Shown here piece by piece: positions 60,656 to 64,000 of a DNA stretch of 64,000 nt (the stretch's first letter is position 1; every line of letters starts with the position of its first letter). Origin of the DNA: Nannocystis bainbridge. Lineage in GTDB: Bacteria; Myxococcota_A; Polyangia; Nannocystales; Nannocystaceae. The stretch is taken from positions 576,001 to 640,000 of the forward strand of contig NZ_JAQNDL010000005.1 of NCBI RefSeq assembly GCF_028368995.1. Direction: 5' to 3'. The translations under genes and the position numbers were made by a program. Below the pieces are notes generated by a model that did not search any database, had not been told where the DNA came from, and saw nothing but the letters and a program-made list of their open reading frames with translations.

Positions 60656-61564
60656 CTAGTCCGCCCCGACCACCACCGGCCCGCGCGCCGCCAGCTCGGC
60701 CGCCAGCTCGGCCGACACCCCCGTCCCGCTCAGCTCCAGCCGCCTCAACCGCCCGAGCCACGGCGCTTGCAGCAGCCCCTCCAGCGCCCCGCCGAGCCCC
60801 GGCGCGTGGGTGATCGCCAGCGCCTGCAGCTCGAGCGTTTGCCCGCCCAGCGCCTCCAGCAGCGCCGGCGACTCGAGCCCGCGCAGCGCCAGCTCGCGCA
60901 GCCCCGGCAGCTTCGCGCTCGACAGCGCCGCCGCCAGCTCCTCCGCTTCGCCCGCGTCCTCCGCGAGCGCCTCCGGCCCGAGCCACAGATCGACCCGCTC
61001 CAGCGCCGGAAACGGCGCCGCGATCAGGTTCGCCAGCGAATCGTCGCCCAGCTCGCCGACGTGCATCACCAGCGTACGCAGCCGCGGGTGCCCCTTCGCC
61101 GGGATAAGCGCCCACCCGCTCGCGCCGTGCAGATCGAGGCGCGTCAGCGCGGGCAGCTTCGTCAGCGCCGGCCCGACCCCCTGGCACACCCCTTCCGCCG
61201 GCGGCAGCGCGGCCGGGAACGGGCCGATGTACAGCCGCTCGAGCCCCGCCAGCCGGCTCGCGTGGCGCGTCATCAGCGGCAGCGGATCGCCCTCCTCGTA
61301 CGGCGTGTCGTAAAGGTCGGCCTGCCCGGACCAATCGTCGAGGATCAGCGTGCGCAGCCGCGGCGCCGCGGGGTCGCGCAGCAGCGACTGCAGCAGCCCC
61401 GACCATCGCGCACCCACGTCCTCGACGTCCTCACCGGCGTCGCCCCGGCCGGCCACCGACACCGCCCACGCGATCCGGTCGGGCAGCGACAGCCCGTGCG
61501 CCGGGTCGTAACCATCGACCACCTGGTCGTCGAGAACTCGCAGCCCCGCGCGCGGATCGGCCAT
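60656..61564 (-). CDS. STM4015-like leucine-rich-repeat protein
   Basis: LRTLIL, LERLYIG, LTRLDL, LERVDLWLG, LRELALR, LRRLELS repeats. Confidence 0.78.
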   Translation of the reverse strand: MADPRAGLRVLDDQVVDGYDPAHGLSLPDRIAWAVSVAGRGDAGEDVEDVGARWSGLLQSLLRDPAAPRLRTLILDDWSGQADLYDTPYEEGDPLPLMTRHASRLAGLERLYIGPFPAALPPAEGVCQGVGPALTKLPALTRLDLHGASGWALIPAKGHPRLRTLVMHVGELGDDSLANLIAAPFPALERVDLWLGPEALAEDAGEAEELAAALSSAKLPGLRELALRGLESPALLEALGGQTLELQALAITHAPGLGGALEGLLQAPWLGRLRRLELSGTGVSAELAAELAARGPVVVGAD

Positions 61565-61766
61565 CCTTAAAATCTATCGCGCCCCGCGGCCCCGGCGCAA
61601 TCCTCGACGACATCGAAGCGGAGCGCGGTGGGCCTGCCAATGACACGCGAACTCGGCCCCAGCGGCCTCGCGAGGCATCGCCCGCGCGCAATCCAATTGA
61701 AGCGTCGTCGACGCTCACTACGCCAGACGAGGCCCGGTCGTCCCGGGCAGAGGTCGTCGATTCGCC

Positions 61767-62522
61767 ATGCTGATCGAGCTCGAAGCACAGGATTACCCGC
61801 GGGTCCGGCCGCTGTTCCGCGCCTCGTATCCCAACCTCGCCTTCGTGCATGCCGTGCTCGAGCGAGCCATCCCCGGGTGCGTATGGGCCGGGTCCGGCGA
61901 GCGTGAATTCGCGGTCGCCCTGGTCGCCACCGAGGCGCCGTTCTGCTTCGCCGCCGGCGCGGTGACCCCGGCCCTGCTCGATGAAATGCGGGCGCTGCTC
62001 GCCGACAGGCCGCCGATCAAGCTCGTGCATCCACGCGGGCTCGCCTCGGCCGCGCCGCAGCTCGGCTTCGTGGCCGCCGAGCGGGCCCAGTTCGGCCCTG
62101 GCCCCGGCGGCTACGCGCCGCGGGACCTGCGAGCGCCGCCCGGCTTCGAGCTGGCCGCCGTCGACGGCCACCTGTTCTCGCGCTTGAACTGGCGCGACCC
62201 CGTGCTCGCCATCTTCGGCTCCGTCGCCAACTACCTGCGCCACGGCTTCGGGGTCTGCCTGCTCCACGACGACCAGTTGGTCGCGGAGATCCACGGCGTG
62301 GTCGGCGGAGGGCTGTGCGAGTTCGGCTGCCACACGCGCGCCGACTATCGGCGGCGGGGCCTCTCCAGCCTCGTCCTCGGCGCCGCCTGCAAGCACGCGG
62401 TCGCGCTCGGGCTCGCCCCGTTCACGACCTTCGACGCCGGCAAGATCGAGTCCGAGGCCCTCTCGCGCAGCGCTGGCCTCCATTACGAATTTCATTACCC
62501 CATCTCTCAACGGATCTGCTGA
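61767..62522 (+). CDS. GNAT family acetyltransferase
   Basis: GFGVCL...EFGCHTRADYRRRGL acetyl-CoA motif A. Confidence 0.8.
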   Translation: MLIELEAQDYPRVRPLFRASYPNLAFVHAVLERAIPGCVWAGSGEREFAVALVATEAPFCFAAGAVTPALLDEMRALLADRPPIKLVHPRGLASAAPQLGFVAAERAQFGPGPGGYAPRDLRAPPGFELAAVDGHLFSRLNWRDPVLAIFGSVANYLRHGFGVCLLHDDQLVAEIHGVVGGGLCEFGCHTRADYRRRGLSSLVLGAACKHAVALGLAPFTTFDAGKIESEALSRSAGLHYEFHYPISQRIC

Positions 62523-62523
62523 C

Positions 62524-63549
62524 ATGCTCCTCGATACATTAACGATCTCGCTCGACAATACGCGGCGGGTCGCCCGGCTCATCGCCCCGCACGTGCGGCG
62601 CACCCCGCTGATCCGCTCCGACGCCGCGGCCAGGCTCGGCGCCGGCGACATCTTCGTGAAGTGCGAGAATCGCCAGCACACCGGCTCCTTCAAGCTGCGG
62701 GGGGCGATGAGCGCCCTCCACGGCTACCCGCTCGCGCTGCCCGACGCCTGGGCCCACATGCGGCGCCGCGGCGTGGTCACCTGCAGCTCCGGCAACTTCG
62801 CCCGGGGCCTGGCCCACGCCACCGCCCAGCTCGGCCTCGATTGCACGATCGTCGTCCCGCGATCGATCTCGGCCTTCAAATGGGGCCGGATCCTGCGCCA
62901 GAACCCCGCCGCCAGGGTGCATCGCGTCGACCACGACGCCTGGCGGCGCATGATGATCGCCGCCGAATGTCCCGAGCTCCCGGGCTACTTCCTGTCGTCC
63001 GAGAGCGACAGCCACGTCAGCCTCGGCAACGCGACCATCGCCCTCGAGATCCTCGAGGACCTGCCCGACGTCGACGCCGTCTTCGTCCCCTTCGGCGGCG
63101 GCAACCTGGCGTTCAGCGTCGCCTCCTTGCTGGCCCGCGCTCGCCCCGAGGTCAAGGTCTACGCGGTCGAGGTCTCCACCGGCGCGCCGCTGTCCGCCTC
63201 GCTGCGCGCCGACAGGCCCGTAGCCGTCGAGCACAGCCAGACCTTCGTCGACGGCATCGGCGCCAGCTTCGTCATCCCCTGGCAATTTCACCGCCTGCGC
63301 GACCTGCTCGCCGGCGTGCTCATCGTGACCCCGCGCGAGATCTCGGTCGCTATCGCCGGCCTCGCCTGTTTCGACGATCTGCGGCTCGAGGGAGCCGGCG
63401 CCGCCGCATTCGCAGCAGCGCGAAAGTATGCCCATGTCCACGGCTTTCGCCGCCCGTGCGCCGTCGCCACCGGCGGGTCCATCGCCCCCGACGTGCTGCG
63501 GACCATCCTACGAACCGTCTCGCCCGACGAGACCCTGAAGTGCGCCTAG
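62524..63549 (+). CDS. PLP-dependent threonine/serine dehydratase-racemase family enzyme
   Basis: RTPL, TGSFKLRGA (PLP Lys), SSGN, PFGGGNL, EGAGA. Confidence 0.9.
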   Translation: MLLDTLTISLDNTRRVARLIAPHVRRTPLIRSDAAARLGAGDIFVKCENRQHTGSFKLRGAMSALHGYPLALPDAWAHMRRRGVVTCSSGNFARGLAHATAQLGLDCTIVVPRSISAFKWGRILRQNPAARVHRVDHDAWRRMMIAAECPELPGYFLSSESDSHVSLGNATIALEILEDLPDVDAVFVPFGGGNLAFSVASLLARARPEVKVYAVEVSTGAPLSASLRADRPVAVEHSQTFVDGIGASFVIPWQFHRLRDLLAGVLIVTPREISVAIAGLACFDDLRLEGAGAAAFAAARKYAHVHGFRRPCAVATGGSIAPDVLRTILRTVSPDETLKCA

Positions 63550-63556
63550 GTGAGCC

Positions 63557-64000
63557 ATGACGACCGAAACTCTCCCCACCATCGAACCGATCAGCCTCGC
63601 CCTCGGCGCCGCCGTCACCCGCGTCGATCTCTCGCGCGACCTCTCCGACGAAGCATTCAAGGTCATCGAGCGCGCGTTCCACCAGTACAGCGTGCTCGTC
63701 TTCCCCGGGCAAGACATCACCATCACCGACCAGATGCGCTTCGCTCGCCGCTTCGGCGAATTGGTGGTCCAGGATCACGTCTTGCCGATGACCGTCGAGG
63801 GCCACCCCGAGTGCATGGCCCTCCACAACAACGCGCAAAAGCCCCCCGGTCTCAACAGCTGGCACACCGACAACAGCGGCTGGCTCCGGCCCCCGCTCGG
63901 CACCATGCTGTACGCCAAGATCACGCCCGACCTCGGCGGCGACACCCTGTTCTCCAACATGTACACCGCCTACGAGGCGCTGTCGCGGCCGATGCAGGAG
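63557..64000 (+). CDS. TauD/TfdA Fe(II)/2-oxoglutarate dioxygenase (runs off the window)
   Basis: My translation: MTTETLPTIEPISLALGAAVTRVDL...VLVFPGQ...WHTD...GGDTLFSNMYTAYEALS; absent from the ORF track because it has no stop in the window. Confidence 0.9.
   Translation, partial: MTTETLPTIEPISLALGAAVTRVDLSRDLSDEAFKVIERAFHQYSVLVFPGQDITITDQMRFARRFGELVVQDHVLPMTVEGHPECMALHNNAQKPPGLNSWHTDNSGWLRPPLGTMLYAKITPDLGGDTLFSNMYTAYEALSRPMQE

Overview
High-GC (roughly 70% by eye) bacterial DNA that looks myxobacterial (Nannocystis/Polyangia-like), judged from Myxococcus Cys-rich DUF4215 repeats, a MYXO-CTERM tail and many lipoproteins with Thr/Ser-rich linkers. About 50 real CDSs can be picked out from many GC-rich shadow ORFs. 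They include three tandem paralogous Cys-repeat/lectin-like lipoproteins, lysyl oxidase, M23, PNGase F, amidohydrolase and S41 enzymes, STAS/PAS/receiver/FHA signalling genes and an ECF sigma cassette. A GNAT-PLP-TauD operon starts at the right edge. No rRNA, tRNA, CRISPR or transposase was seen. Two patterns are not explained by the genes. (1) A dispersed family of about 17 short arrays repeats the palindrome GACATGTC at a strict 14-bp period (TGTCY-N4-RGACA). Most sit at gene 3' ends, the longest lie between convergent genes, and two are inside CDSs. (2) A TANNNT -10 box sits 6-8 nt before many start codons that lack a Shine-Dalgarno site, suggesting widespread leaderless mRNAs. All family assignments are from motif recognition by eye, not from database searches.
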